Shown here: piece by piece, positions 9,513-20,090 of the stretch
Position numbering within the stretch: the stretch's first letter is position 1
Layout: every line of letters starts with the position of its first letter
Sequence record: LC819008.1
Reading direction: 5' to 3' (one strand)
Length of the DNA stretch: 64,000 nt
Translations under genes and position numbers: made by a program
The notes under the pieces: generated by a model
What the model saw: the letters and a program-made list of their open reading frames with translations, nothing else
What the model was told of the DNA's origin: nothing
Database searches by the model: none

Positions 9513-10097
9513 TTAAGAGCCAAAGAACACGCGAAGGGTGAAAAGCATATCGCTCAAACCATCCCGTTGTCCCAGCCATGTACGCAGGAAGTCCCGGATG
9601 AGAACGGGTTCGTTGTTGTAGCGCCCCAAGAGGAACTCGCGTGTTGCGATCCCAATCGTCCAGGCATTGTGCTTACCGATGTCCAGTGTGTCCACATAGA
9701 TCATCGGATGATACTTCCGGAACCCCGTGTACACGTAGCAGACCGTCTCGTCAACGAAACGATTTTGCATCGTGTCAAAATATGGGTTCTGTTTCTGTTT
9801 TTCGATCCATTCGTTGATGGTCAAGGTGCCAAACGAGCCGAGGGCAGCTCGATACAGGCGTTCGCGAAAAGCGAAATCCCGCTTGAGCATGTCCTCGTGC
9901 TTCGTGACCTCTTTCCAGAGTTCCTCGATGTCCGCGTTCGGAGTGAGGTCATTAGCCTCAGACTCCAAAGTGATACGCCGAGTTGCGGCACCTATAAGAT
10001 CCACCTGAATGGGTTTGTTCACCTGAGCCTTACGGTACTCGATGGGGGCACCGAGAAAACCGTTCGGATAGAGTTTCAACCCACCGAAGATCTTCAT
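9513..10097 (-). CDS. Conserved hypothetical protein (phiKZ gp91 position)
   Basis: 194 aa; start overlaps the upstream stop (TAATG). Confidence 0.6.
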   Translation of the reverse strand: MKIFGGLKLYPNGFLGAPIEYRKAQVNKPIQVDLIGAATRRITLESEANDLTPNADIEELWKEVTKHEDMLKRDFAFRERLYRAALGSFGTLTINEWIEKQKQNPYFDTMQNRFVDETVCYVYTGFRKYHPMIYVDTLDIGKHNAWTIGIATREFLLGRYNNEPVLIRDFLRTWLGQRDGLSDMLFTLRVFFGS

Positions 10098-10987
10098 TAC
10101 TGCATCTCCTCTTCGGCTTTGTTGATTTTGTAAATCAAGCCTTCCGACTTATCGCGCAGGAGTTTGATCTCCTTCTCGACTTGCGGGTTGGACTTGCCGG
10201 CTTGCGCTTCTTCCAGCAGCAAAATACGCGACTGGATGCGACGCAGGTCTTCCTGCGCCTCTTTGTAGCGCCATGCCTGGAACTCGACGATCCACTTGCC
10301 GATATGGAAGAACGGGTTCAGGCTGACCGGGATGAAACCCATTTTGAACGGGTCCATCTTCAGACGGCCGAAGAGCGCGTTGTTGTCGTCGCTTTCCACG
10401 TCGACCTTCACGTTCGGGATCTCGTCGAACTTCGACTTGAACTTGTCGTCCGACAGCGCTTCGAGGGTTTCCAGGAAGAACGGGAAACGTGCGTCGACCC
10501 AGGCAGCTTCGCCCTTGGACATGTTTTCCTTCTGGTAGTCCTCGTACATGCCGATGGCTTCGGTTTCGTAGATCGTGACTGCCTCGACGAACTTGCGCAG
10601 GAAACGATTCAGGAACGAAGCGTTGTCCACCAGTTGCATCATGACAGCCGAGCGATGATCGATCGTTGCCTGCGATACCGTTTCGGGCATCGACTTGCGG
10701 ATTTCCTGAGCCAGGATATCCAGGTTCTTCTGAACCTTGTGCAGACGATCCTTCAGGTCTTCGATCACGCTCGCGTTGCGTCCCAGGCGGAATGCTTCGC
10801 GATACTTCTCTTCGTAACCGAGGACCATTTCCGACTTGGCCTTGCGGGTTTTGAACGCCGCAGCAGCGGTGTTGTAGATCGGCATGACCTTGGTGCTCAG
10901 ATCTTGCTGAACCACTTCCAGCGAGGCCAGTACTTCATCCTTGCTGGTCACACCTTTGAGCGACTTGACGTATGCGTTGATATTCAT
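10097..10987 (-). CDS. Inner head protein (phiKZ gp90 position)
   Basis: 296 aa, helical/coiled-coil C-terminus; synteny. Confidence 0.6.
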   Translation of the reverse strand: MNINAYVKSLKGVTSKDEVLASLEVVQQDLSTKVMPIYNTAAAAFKTRKAKSEMVLGYEEKYREAFRLGRNASVIEDLKDRLHKVQKNLDILAQEIRKSMPETVSQATIDHRSAVMMQLVDNASFLNRFLRKFVEAVTIYETEAIGMYEDYQKENMSKGEAAWVDARFPFFLETLEALSDDKFKSKFDEIPNVKVDVESDDNNALFGRLKMDPFKMGFIPVSLNPFFHIGKWIVEFQAWRYKEAQEDLRRIQSRILLLEEAQAGKSNPQVEKEIKLLRDKSEGLIYKINKAEEEMQ

Positions 10988-11003
10988 GTTGGCGGCCTTG
11001 CTG

Positions 11004-12104
11004 TTAGAAGCTCGGAGCGTTGCCGAGCTGGTAAGCTTTCAGAATATCGGTGATCGACGTGCTGTCCTTCTGGTTGGCCGCCTTGCACTCGCGGATCGAC
11101 AGATCCGACACCGACGGGATACCGGTCGTGTAGAACTGCACACGGTCGTATTCCGTATCCATCACGGCCACAATGAACAGCCCCGTTGCATCGAACAGCT
11201 TCTGGCGAGCCTTGAAGTTGCTGAACTTGTCGTTCATCGCCAGTTCGACCTTCTTGATGGTTTCCGTCGTGGTCACCACCAGGTTCGTCGAGTTTGCCAC
11301 CGACGGGTTGAGCGAGAGCAGGCCGGAGAGCTTGTTGCCACGACGCTGGTTGGCCAGTGCCGTGTACACGCCCGACTTGTCTTGCATCAGGTTCTTCTTG
11401 TGTTCCTTCACGAGATCACGTGCCGTGAGCAGATCGACCAGGTTGATCTGGCCGCTGCGGTACTTGATCCATCGCGTGGACACGTCATTGTCGACATGGC
11501 CCGTCGAGAGCAGCTGCGAGAGCAGATCCGGAACCATCGTCGATGCTTGCAGACGAATGAGAACCGGGAGCGTACCCTTGTTGCCGCCAGCGGAGATCTG
11601 GACTTCCAGCAGCTTGCCGACAGACAGGTTGCTCGCTTCCTTGATCACTTCCGTCGAACGCGATGCCAGACCACCCGGTTCCGAGATTTCATTCTCGCCA
11701 CCGAGCATCTGCGAAGCTTCGTTCGAAATCGACTTGAACGACGGCAAACGATGCTTGAAGCTTTCGTTGGACATCGTCCAGATCGCGCCGGCAGTGTCGA
11801 TGGCGCTGTCTTTCGGATTGCGGTTGGGATTGAGCTTGTCCAGGTGACGAGCCACCGCGATGTTGTCGATGCTTGCCTGGAGCATGTTCCAGGACAGCAG
11901 ATAGTATGCCGAAAAAGCCGAATGCAGTGACTGGGTCACTGTGGGCGTATTTTCGTTGAAGAGCACACTGGAGTCGACGATCATCAGGGGTTCGACGCGG
12001 ACATTGCGCGTGTAGTCGACGTACGAATCGGCAGTGCCGGAACGCATTGCGTCGATTACTTTGCCAGCGGTAACGAGGCCGGCTTCTCCAAGCTTTTCAA
12101 GCAT
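11004..12104 (-). CDS. Inner head protein (phiKZ gp89 position)
   Basis: Start MLEKLG at 12104 after GAGGA RBS; SNE sites; synteny. Confidence 0.6.
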   Translation of the reverse strand: MLEKLGEAGLVTAGKVIDAMRSGTADSYVDYTRNVRVEPLMIVDSSVLFNENTPTVTQSLHSAFSAYYLLSWNMLQASIDNIAVARHLDKLNPNRNPKDSAIDTAGAIWTMSNESFKHRLPSFKSISNEASQMLGGENEISEPGGLASRSTEVIKEASNLSVGKLLEVQISAGGNKGTLPVLIRLQASTMVPDLLSQLLSTGHVDNDVSTRWIKYRSGQINLVDLLTARDLVKEHKKNLMQDKSGVYTALANQRRGNKLSGLLSLNPSVANSTNLVVTTTETIKKVELAMNDKFSNFKARQKLFDATGLFIVAVMDTEYDRVQFYTTGIPSVSDLSIRECKAANQKDSTSITDILKAYQLGNAPSF

Positions 12105-12136
12105 GATTTTATTCCTCGGGATAACAGGACTTTTAA

Positions 12137-13405
12137 ATGGATAACAGATTAGATCTAACGATCGACCAGATCTATTCACTCGGGAAAAACGGGTCGGAGA
12201 CCTTGCAAGCCGGGTTGGATCGAATCTACAATTCGACGCCTCTCGGTCCGTTGCCGAGTAACATGGTCAACACGATTTACGGTATCAACCACCGACAGAC
12301 TCAGTTGGCTTTGCCTTTCAACCGCGACAATTATGGTTTAACATTCTTTACGCGGCCGAGGTTGAACCTGACCACAAACAACATTCGTTTTGTTCGGCAA
12401 ATGTATCCGTTGTTGAACACGGAGCCACGGTCTATTCAGCGGATCATCCGTTGCCTGCTGGATCCCTCACTGGCCTATCCAGACACGCAATACACTCAGA
12501 TCCAACCTGTCAAGTCGCCCTATGTGGACGACCTGAATATGTTTATTCCACTGCTGTCCAACCTCTGTCTGACTATTTCGGGGTGGCCTGATTACGTCGT
12601 CGATACGCATACGACGCCCGAGGGTCACTACCGGGAATCGCACAGCATGGTCGACAGCAGTATTGAAGTTAAAAACACATACGAATTGTCGGCTTCCTTT
12701 CGGAACATACCGAATAATCCGGTCACATTATTGTTTTATTTCTGGATCTTCTACGCATCGAAGGTCTTTGAAGGTGAAATGATTCCGTATGGCTCCTCGC
12801 TGTACGAAAATGAGATCGATTACAACACCCGAATCTACCGTCTGGTGCTGGATCCGACCAAGCGTTACGTTCAGCATATCTTGTCGACTGGGGCGTCTTT
12901 CCCCCTCAATGCACCGGTTGGTGCGCTGGGTAACTTCGACCACGATCAGCCCTTCAATGAATCAGGGGATAACGTCAACATCCGCTTCCAATGCATCGGA
13001 ATGGATTACAACGATCCGATCCAGATTCAGGAGTTTAACTCCGCTGTGACGATCATGAATCCTGGCATGGGCGATGGTTACCGTGACCAGTTCTACATCA
13101 AGATTCCTTACCAGATCCTCTCGTTCTTCAATATGCGTGGTTATCCTCGTATCGAGAAGAGCACGATGGAACTGGAATGGTACGTGTCCTACGCGATGTT
13201 CCAGTCGTATGCCGCTCAGTTGAGTGACTTCGCCAATATCCAGGGCATGCGCAACCAGACATTCTTGCAATATATTTCCGCAGGCGACACCTCTAATTAT
13301 AAGAAAGCCTTGGAAGACCTGGATACCGAGAACCTGAATCAGACGTTTAACGGCGGCATCATTAAAGCTGATGTCAACGCGAACTCTGGTTCCTCACAGA
13401 CTTAA
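12137..13405 (+). CDS. Virion tail/baseplate protein (phiKZ gp88 position)
   Basis: 422 aa; divergent orientation paired with a 972-aa gene, as recalled for gp87/gp88. Confidence 0.55.
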   Translation: MDNRLDLTIDQIYSLGKNGSETLQAGLDRIYNSTPLGPLPSNMVNTIYGINHRQTQLALPFNRDNYGLTFFTRPRLNLTTNNIRFVRQMYPLLNTEPRSIQRIIRCLLDPSLAYPDTQYTQIQPVKSPYVDDLNMFIPLLSNLCLTISGWPDYVVDTHTTPEGHYRESHSMVDSSIEVKNTYELSASFRNIPNNPVTLLFYFWIFYASKVFEGEMIPYGSSLYENEIDYNTRIYRLVLDPTKRYVQHILSTGASFPLNAPVGALGNFDHDQPFNESGDNVNIRFQCIGMDYNDPIQIQEFNSAVTIMNPGMGDGYRDQFYIKIPYQILSFFNMRGYPRIEKSTMELEWYVSYAMFQSYAAQLSDFANIQGMRNQTFLQYISAGDTSNYKKALEDLDTENLNQTFNGGIIKADVNANSGSSQT

Positions 13406-13419
13406 CTGGAGCCATTTTA

Positions 13420-16338
13420 ATGGGCACTATCCGTGACATCATGAACGACGCGCTGGCGGCGTCCTATGACCCTAGCGGTCAGTTCAGAGCGTCGATGCGC
13501 ACGCTCGTAGCAATCATGAATGGGGAGATCGATGACGTCTCTCCGGCCAACCCCGTGGTGATGACCATCGAAAACACGGGTGCGTTGATCGCGGCGTTCA
13601 CTGAGAGCATGCAGACTCAGACTCAGCGACTCCTGCAGGTGAACGCTCTGACGCCTGAGGACCTTTATCCTCACATGGCGGACGTACACTTCACCAACAT
13701 CTTCAATCTGCCAGCCAAGTCGACATTCACTCTGATTCTGGATAAGAAAGAAATCCTGAACCAGATGAAGCCGATTCCTGGCACGATGTCGAGCAAGGTG
13801 ACGATTCCTCGCAACTCGTACTTTACGGTCTCGGATTACGTCTTCGGTATTCACTATCCGATCGATATCATCCAACAGGTGCATGGTGGAATTCGTGTTC
13901 AGTATGACACGAGTATGCCGACTGCTCTGGAAGCGTTGTCGACCAACATCCTGAATACGCGTGAAGTTCAGCGTGACGGGGTGACGTATCTGGCAATCGA
14001 CATCGACGTCTTCCAGTTCGACATCGCGAGCAAGACGCCGGTAGTGACCCAAGGCACTACCTTCAGCTTCAACGTGGCGACCACGGATCTGTATTACGCG
14101 ACCCGTGTCTACATGACGAATGCTGACGGCTCGTACTCCGAGATCCCGGTAACGTACAGCGAGAAGATCTATGATCCTCTCAAGCCGTGTGCTGTGGTGA
14201 AACTGAGTGATGGGAACGTCAATGTTTCCATCCCGCAGATCTACATCAACCAGGGCATCATTCTGGGCACGCTGCGCATCGACGTCTACACCACGAAGGG
14301 ACCGCTCCAGACCGATTTCTCCAGTTTCGCTATTGGTTCGGTAGGCTACCGCTTCAGAGACCTCGATAAGAACGCTGTAACGACGTATACGGCCCCGATG
14401 ACGCAGTTGGATACCTGCATCATACTGGCGGAGCAGCCCGTCTCTGGCGGCGCTCTGGCGATGACCTTCGACGAGTTGCGTACAGCCGTGATTGCCGACG
14501 CAATTGGTGATCCGAACCTGCCGATCACGCCTGCCCAGATTCAGAACTTCATCACGCGTCTTGGCTACGACGTCATCAAGAATACCGACATCGTAACCGA
14601 CCGTGTGTTCCTGGGCACGAAGAACATGCCGGACCCGACCGATCCGTCTTTGCTCACTGCTGCGAACGCTTCTATCGAAACGATGAATGCGGCGTTCACC
14701 GATCTGATTGGTAACTCGGCAGTGATCGACAACACGGCGGATTCGAACTCCATTACCTTGACGCCTAAGGCTATCTACCAGTTGGTCGATGGCATGCTCA
14801 AGCTGGTGGACGACTCGACTCTTGCTTCGATCAATGCAATGCGCAGTGATCTGAAGGCAACTTACATCACCAATGGTGGTTTCCTCTATTCGCCGTATTA
14901 CTACGTGCTGGATAAGAGCAACAACCAGTTCCGTCTTGCGCCTTACTACCTGGATAATCCTCAGGTGCTGTCGCAGACGTTCGTCGAAGACAACGAAGGC
15001 ACGCTCCTGCAAGTCAACACCAACGGGTACACGCTGGTGAAGACGGACTCGGGCTACACGCTTCGTCTGACAGTCAAATCCAACGACGACTACAAGGCTT
15101 TGCAGGACACGGACGTACAGTGTCTGCTGGGCTTTAAGTCGCCCACGGAAGAAGATCCCTGCTGGCTCACGGGTACGCTCTACGGAACGGATCCCACGAG
15201 CAAGGAACGGATCTGGGAATTCGATCTCTCGTCCAAGTTCGCTATGGATGTCACCGATCGGATTGACTTCCGTAACTTCAAGATGTACGACACGACCGCC
15301 AAGACGATCTTCGCAAGCCTCACGCAAGACTTCACGGTTATCTACGCGACTCAATCGCAAATGGGTAACCTCTTCGTGCCTGGCCTGATCGACGCACTGC
15401 TTCCGCGTTATCTGGTCGGCCTGAATAGCAAGGCGATCTGTCAGGAGAAGCTGACGCTGCAGTTCGGTCAAGCTTTGTCCAACCTCTGGGCACGTGCTCG
15501 TTCGGTTGCTTCCACGATCGAATACGAAACGTACCCGACCGACGTTATCCTGCGCTACACGGACGACGTCTGGAAGGTGGATCCGGCAACCAACAGCACG
15601 ATCTTCATGGTCGATGGCAAGCCGACACGTATTCTTCTGCATGCGAAGAACGATCCGATCCTGGATGCCAATGGCAATCAGCAGGTTCAGTATCCGGCTG
15701 GTTCGATCGTGTATGACTACACGCAGAATCCGCCTGTGCCGATCGTCAAGAACGTTCGTTATCTGAAACATCGCTTCGAGCTCTTCCTGATCGAAGGCGT
15801 CTATGCGTTCAGTAACGACGACATCGCTGTTGCCTATCGTAACACTGTTGCTCAGACGGTGGCTTCGTGGGTGACAACCGACATGGTGAACGTTCAGAAG
15901 GCTTCGATGGATAAGACGCGAGTCTACTTCTATCCGAAGACTATCTTCGGCACCATCGAGGTTGTGGTGGCCGATGGCATCATCCAGCAGATCTCGGCAG
16001 GTCAACGTTTCGACGTTGCTCTGACTGTGACCAAGGAAGTCTATCAGGACGACGTTAAACGTCAGCTGCTGACCAATCAGACCACGACGGTGATTGCCGC
16101 CTATCTGAAAGGTCAAACGCTTTCCAACAGCGACATCGTGGAACAACTTCGTGCAAGTTATGGCGAAGACGTTCTGGATGCTCAAGTATCGCTCTTTGGC
16201 GATGCTGCGAACATTCCGGTGATGCAGTTGGTCAATGAAGTTCACTGTTGCGGTATTCGTAAACGACTGGTGTCGCGTGACGACAACAAGCTGGTCGTGC
16301 AGGAAGACATCAACGTGACCTTCACGATGATTCAGTAA
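13420..16338 (+). CDS. Large virion baseplate protein (phiKZ gp87 position)
   Basis: 972 aa, beta-rich, GGAG RBS; size and synteny. Confidence 0.6.
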   Translation: MGTIRDIMNDALAASYDPSGQFRASMRTLVAIMNGEIDDVSPANPVVMTIENTGALIAAFTESMQTQTQRLLQVNALTPEDLYPHMADVHFTNIFNLPAKSTFTLILDKKEILNQMKPIPGTMSSKVTIPRNSYFTVSDYVFGIHYPIDIIQQVHGGIRVQYDTSMPTALEALSTNILNTREVQRDGVTYLAIDIDVFQFDIASKTPVVTQGTTFSFNVATTDLYYATRVYMTNADGSYSEIPVTYSEKIYDPLKPCAVVKLSDGNVNVSIPQIYINQGIILGTLRIDVYTTKGPLQTDFSSFAIGSVGYRFRDLDKNAVTTYTAPMTQLDTCIILAEQPVSGGALAMTFDELRTAVIADAIGDPNLPITPAQIQNFITRLGYDVIKNTDIVTDRVFLGTKNMPDPTDPSLLTAANASIETMNAAFTDLIGNSAVIDNTADSNSITLTPKAIYQLVDGMLKLVDDSTLASINAMRSDLKATYITNGGFLYSPYYYVLDKSNNQFRLAPYYLDNPQVLSQTFVEDNEGTLLQVNTNGYTLVKTDSGYTLRLTVKSNDDYKALQDTDVQCLLGFKSPTEEDPCWLTGTLYGTDPTSKERIWEFDLSSKFAMDVTDRIDFRNFKMYDTTAKTIFASLTQDFTVIYATQSQMGNLFVPGLIDALLPRYLVGLNSKAICQEKLTLQFGQALSNLWARARSVASTIEYETYPTDVILRYTDDVWKVDPATNSTIFMVDGKPTRILLHAKNDPILDANGNQQVQYPAGSIVYDYTQNPPVPIVKNVRYLKHRFELFLIEGVYAFSNDDIAVAYRNTVAQTVASWVTTDMVNVQKASMDKTRVYFYPKTIFGTIEVVVADGIIQQISAGQRFDVALTVTKEVYQDDVKRQLLTNQTTTVIAAYLKGQTLSNSDIVEQLRASYGEDVLDAQVSLFGDAANIPVMQLVNEVHCCGIRKRLVSRDDNKLVVQEDINVTFTMIQ

Positions 16339-16349
16339 CATAGATGAAC

Positions 16350-16383
16350 CATACACACCTGGGCGTAAGCCCAGGTGTGTATG
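16350..16383. terminator. Bidirectional hairpin terminator, 15-bp stem, GUAA loop
   Basis: catacacacctgggc-gtaa-gcccaggtgtgtatg between convergent genes. Confidence 0.8.
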
Positions 16384-16394
16384 TGCTCTTTCGT

Positions 16395-18179
16395 TTATTC
16401 GTCTTTTTTCTCTTGACCCGTCACGATACGGAGAGCGTTCTCAGCTTCCGACGTAGACATGGTAATCGAAGGACGATCGTCATCTTCATCATCCGCGCCA
16501 CCGAACGACACCTTCAGGTGCTTAACGGAGACGAACGGCAGCATGTGTTGGTTGACTGTCGATTCCTGAGCTTCCTTGCTCAGATCCGACAGATCATCCA
16601 CGAGTTCTTCCAACGAAGGCGGAACCATCTCACCCACCTTGTTGTAAAGCGCCACAAGACCAGCTGCGTTCTTCCTCAGCGTACTCACGACGTCTGCTGC
16701 GTTCTTGGTGACTTCCGTGTAAACACGGGAGATCTCCGCATACACACGCATCAAGCCGGCGTAGTTCTCCGTCAAGACGCGTTGCAGGCGAATGATCGAT
16801 TCAGCTTGCGCTTTACGTTCCGGGCGCGAAGGATCACGCGCAGCAGTTTTCTGAAGACCGCGTGATGCGCCTTCGAGATGTTGCAGGGCAGGCTGAGACT
16901 TCTTCAGCAGTTCGATGAAGACGATCATGCCGCGCCAGTCTACTTCCTTCAGGCGACGCACACCGATCTGGTAACCAGAGAGCAGTTCTTCCAGATCGTT
17001 GAAGTTCGGCTCTTTCGAACCAGCTTCATGAATGCTGTTGCGAAGAGTCGATGCCCATTCGCCCGCCGTCATGAACGTGTGGGTGCCGATCTTGAATGCA
17101 GCTGGTCGTTCGTCGGAAATGGATGCCAACGAAAGAAGACCGGTGCGTTCCTTATCCCAACCTGCGCTGGGGGGTGCATTGCCTTGCGTGAAAGCAGACG
17201 TCGCTTCCTTGCCGGCAGCAAATGCTGCTTCGAGAGCGTCCAGTTCGGATGACATGATCTTGCTGTAGCTGTTGAAGCCTTCGAACGACGACGTGATGAG
17301 CGACATCGCATCGCTACGTTCTTGAGCGAAAACAACACGAGCGTAACGGCTCGGCTTTCTCATGTACTCCAGAACTTCTTTGCCACCTTCAACGCCCATC
17401 AGTGCTTCGCCCAGGTCGATCTTCAGGAAGTGCTCGCGCTTTGCCTTCGGATCGATCTTGGTGTTGTCCAGCAGGTCGGGGATTTCAGCGATGATCTGGT
17501 CTTGAACCGACACAGGCAGCGAGGACTTGCGGACTTCCTCGTGACTGATCGCATTGGGCATGCGAATGTTCAGTTCTTTACCCCGCGTAGCTCGGACCTT
17601 GCTGACGGTGCGATCGAGGACCTTCTCCTGCTTGTCCACTTTCTTCTCGGATTCACGGACACCCTGCTCCGCTTTATCCAGATTACCGCCGCCGCTACCA
17701 CCACTCGATCCACCACCACTGCCAAACAGCCAGTTGATGAACTTGTAGATGATAGCGACGAGGAAAGCAGCCGCCGCAGCAATCACTACCCACATCTGGG
17801 TCGAGAGGGCTTCGAGACTCGGCTCGTAGCCAACGCCCGAAACATCTTCGGTGAAGTAGTTGGGCTTGACGTGGGATTCGAGCGACGGAACGAGTTCCAG
17901 AAGCTCGTAAGCCATCCCACGACTCATGCCCTTGTTCTTCTTCATGCGGCGTTCCAGGTCAATCAGGCGATTGACGTAGGATTCGGTCGAGATGATCAGA
18001 TCGATGTCGTCCTTCATCTCCGGGAACTGGTTAGCCAATTCCGGTTGCTTGAAGAAGTTCGTATCCGGCATCTCGAAGCCGCTGTTGGGACCGCCCTCAG
18101 CTGCGGACTGCATAGCCTGAGCGCGGATCTCCTCGTTGTCGTTGAACTTGTCCCACGTGAAAAGCGAATCACCACGCAT
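16395..18179 (-). CDS. Processed head/ejection protein with hydrophobic helix (phiKZ gp86 position)
   Basis: STE, SLE and SLE^AL sites then MWVVIAAAAAFLVAIIYKFINWLF and a Gly-Ser linker. Confidence 0.6.
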   Translation of the reverse strand: MRGDSLFTWDKFNDNEEIRAQAMQSAAEGGPNSGFEMPDTNFFKQPELANQFPEMKDDIDLIISTESYVNRLIDLERRMKKNKGMSRGMAYELLELVPSLESHVKPNYFTEDVSGVGYEPSLEALSTQMWVVIAAAAAFLVAIIYKFINWLFGSGGGSSGGSGGGNLDKAEQGVRESEKKVDKQEKVLDRTVSKVRATRGKELNIRMPNAISHEEVRKSSLPVSVQDQIIAEIPDLLDNTKIDPKAKREHFLKIDLGEALMGVEGGKEVLEYMRKPSRYARVVFAQERSDAMSLITSSFEGFNSYSKIMSSELDALEAAFAAGKEATSAFTQGNAPPSAGWDKERTGLLSLASISDERPAAFKIGTHTFMTAGEWASTLRNSIHEAGSKEPNFNDLEELLSGYQIGVRRLKEVDWRGMIVFIELLKKSQPALQHLEGASRGLQKTAARDPSRPERKAQAESIIRLQRVLTENYAGLMRVYAEISRVYTEVTKNAADVVSTLRKNAAGLVALYNKVGEMVPPSLEELVDDLSDLSKEAQESTVNQHMLPFVSVKHLKVSFGGADDEDDDRPSITMSTSEAENALRIVTGQEKKDE

Positions 18180-18190
18180 GGCGGGTCACC

Positions 18191-18667
18191 TCACGAGAGC
18201 GAGATCTTGTTGCACTCGCGCAACTTGCAGATGAGCAGGTTGGCCAGTTGGAGAACCGACGATGCCTGCATGCCGACTTCCTTGATGGCATTCCACACTT
18301 CGACCGGCATGATCGGAGCGATACCCAACGCGGTAGCCAGGAATTCGAATTCCGGGTTCACGTTGTAGTCGCACGCTTCTCCGTTCAGGATGCGGCTGCG
18401 CAGCAGGAACATCATCTTCGCGGCTTCACAAGCTGCTTGCACGTCGATGAGCATTTCTTCGTTCAGGAACGAGACCGCACGCGCGACGTTTGCCGTGTGC
18501 ACATCTGCGAACACCGTCATCGGGTTCAGTTCGTTGCCGATCTTCGGAACGAGGTGGTTGCCGATTGCCATGCCGATGATGACCGGCAGGATCAGGCGAC
18601 GCTTGGCGGAATCGGGCAGCATGAGGCTGACCTTGCCAGCGAATTCTTGGACTTCGAAATTCTGCAT
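18191..18667 (-). CDS. Conserved virion-associated protein (phiKZ gp85 position)
   Basis: 158 aa in the operon; synteny. Confidence 0.55.
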   Translation of the reverse strand: MQNFEVQEFAGKVSLMLPDSAKRRLILPVIIGMAIGNHLVPKIGNELNPMTVFADVHTANVARAVSFLNEEMLIDVQAACEAAKMMFLLRSRILNGEACDYNVNPEFEFLATALGIAPIMPVEVWNAIKEVGMQASSVLQLANLLICKLRECNKISLS

Positions 18668-18682
18668 GATGGTGACCTGTGG

Positions 18683-19993
18683 TTAAGCGTTACGGAACTT
18701 GTTTGCGTAGTAGAACAGCTTGTTGGACGCCATGTCTTCGAGCTGTTGCTGGAATTCGATCTGTTTGCGTTTGTTGACGCCCGACGGAATCAGGTAGTCA
18801 TAAACCAGGCCCACGAGCTGGGTATGGTCCTTGAAGTGATCGTTGGTCTTGTCGATGATCTCGATGTCTTCGCGAATGCGAGCCGAGTCTTCCTTCGTCA
18901 GGCCAGGTTCCTTCAGTTCGTTGATCAGGTCGTTGCGGATACGGATGAAACGACGACCTGCCTTGTCGTACCAGTCGTGATGGGCATCTGCCAGCAGGAG
19001 ACCTGCGAGCAGCACGAACGTCGTGTATGCGCCGTACACTTGACCGATTGCGATTTCGAAGATACCGAGCGCAAGCACACAGACCTTCACGAATTCCATG
19101 AAGAAGTAGCCGACCCAGCCACGACGATAGATCGTGCCCTTGTACATCTTGTCGAGCGCCGTCACGAGATCACGGCCAGCACCATGACGCGTTGCGAACT
19201 GATCCGACAGAGCTTCGAAGCTGTTGATGTCGTAGCCTTCCACACCCGACTGGCTGCGGTTCTTGCGTGCCAGGTTCGAGATGATGACCGTGTAGATCGT
19301 CGTGTTGTTCTTGTTGCCGAGATCCTGAGCATCCAGATTCGTGATCGCCAGCATATCGCCAGCTTCCTTGATGATCAGCTCACGGCGACCATGATCGGTC
19401 GTACCATCCAGTTCGCGCACCATCGTGATGAGGATCTGGTTGGTCGTACGGAAACGGATCAGGTGTTCGAAGAACGACCACACGTGACCGACTTCATGCA
19501 GGATGATAGCCGAGAGTTCCGGGCTGGAATATTCGCGGCCGTCGAAGAGCTTGTAGAGCAGGCCCTTGTTGCCGTAGATCATCGCAGCGTTCAGGTACAT
19601 CTTGATCGGCGGCAGTTCTGCCAGGTAGCCGTCCACCCAGCCTGCGTTCGTATCGATGAACGCACGCACTTCCTTGTTCTGGCTCTTGCGGATGTCGGCG
19701 AGCGAGCGCTTGGAGAGCGTCGTGTCCTTCCAGCCGTAGCCTTCGAGCAGCGGGCTGTTCTTGTCCAGATGCGGGGGTTCCGTCATCATGGGCATGTCGC
19801 TCACGCTGATTTCGAAGTTGATGTTCGTGTTGTCCTTGATGCACTTGGCAACTGCGATCTCGAACTCGGTGCGAGTGTTACCGTCGCTCTTGGTACGGTA
19901 CTTGTCGATGATCGCCGTCATCTCGCGGTGGAAGCGATCGTTCTGGAACGAAATGCTCTCCGGCGAGTAGATGGGATTGATGGTGGTAAACAT
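18683..19993 (-). CDS. Virion protein with HExxH zincin-like motif and C-terminal hydrophobic segments (phiKZ gp84 position)
   Basis: LHEVGH motif, downstream FEALSDQFA, N-terminal SPE^SISFQ site. Confidence 0.6.
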   Translation of the reverse strand: MFTTINPIYSPESISFQNDRFHREMTAIIDKYRTKSDGNTRTEFEIAVAKCIKDNTNINFEISVSDMPMMTEPPHLDKNSPLLEGYGWKDTTLSKRSLADIRKSQNKEVRAFIDTNAGWVDGYLAELPPIKMYLNAAMIYGNKGLLYKLFDGREYSSPELSAIILHEVGHVWSFFEHLIRFRTTNQILITMVRELDGTTDHGRRELIIKEAGDMLAITNLDAQDLGNKNNTTIYTVIISNLARKNRSQSGVEGYDINSFEALSDQFATRHGAGRDLVTALDKMYKGTIYRRGWVGYFFMEFVKVCVLALGIFEIAIGQVYGAYTTFVLLAGLLLADAHHDWYDKAGRRFIRIRNDLINELKEPGLTKEDSARIREDIEIIDKTNDHFKDHTQLVGLVYDYLIPSGVNKRKQIEFQQQLEDMASNKLFYYANKFRNA

Positions 19994-20090
19994 GTTTTGG
20001 CCGACCTTTTGTCAACGGTAATTAAAAATCAGACGACACAATGTTGTGCCTGAAATTGTCCTACGCCTCATAAAAAAGGTGCGAAATAGA

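Noticed and set aside
13417-16356. 979-aa minus-strand ORF opposite the 972-aa baseplate gene, plus similar long shadow ORFs (8136-9413, 18248-20053, 26660-28813, 44944-46941, 57775-59349, 59568-61907)
   Set aside because: Antisense shadows produced by codon bias of the real genes; no RBS, unnatural composition, no motifs
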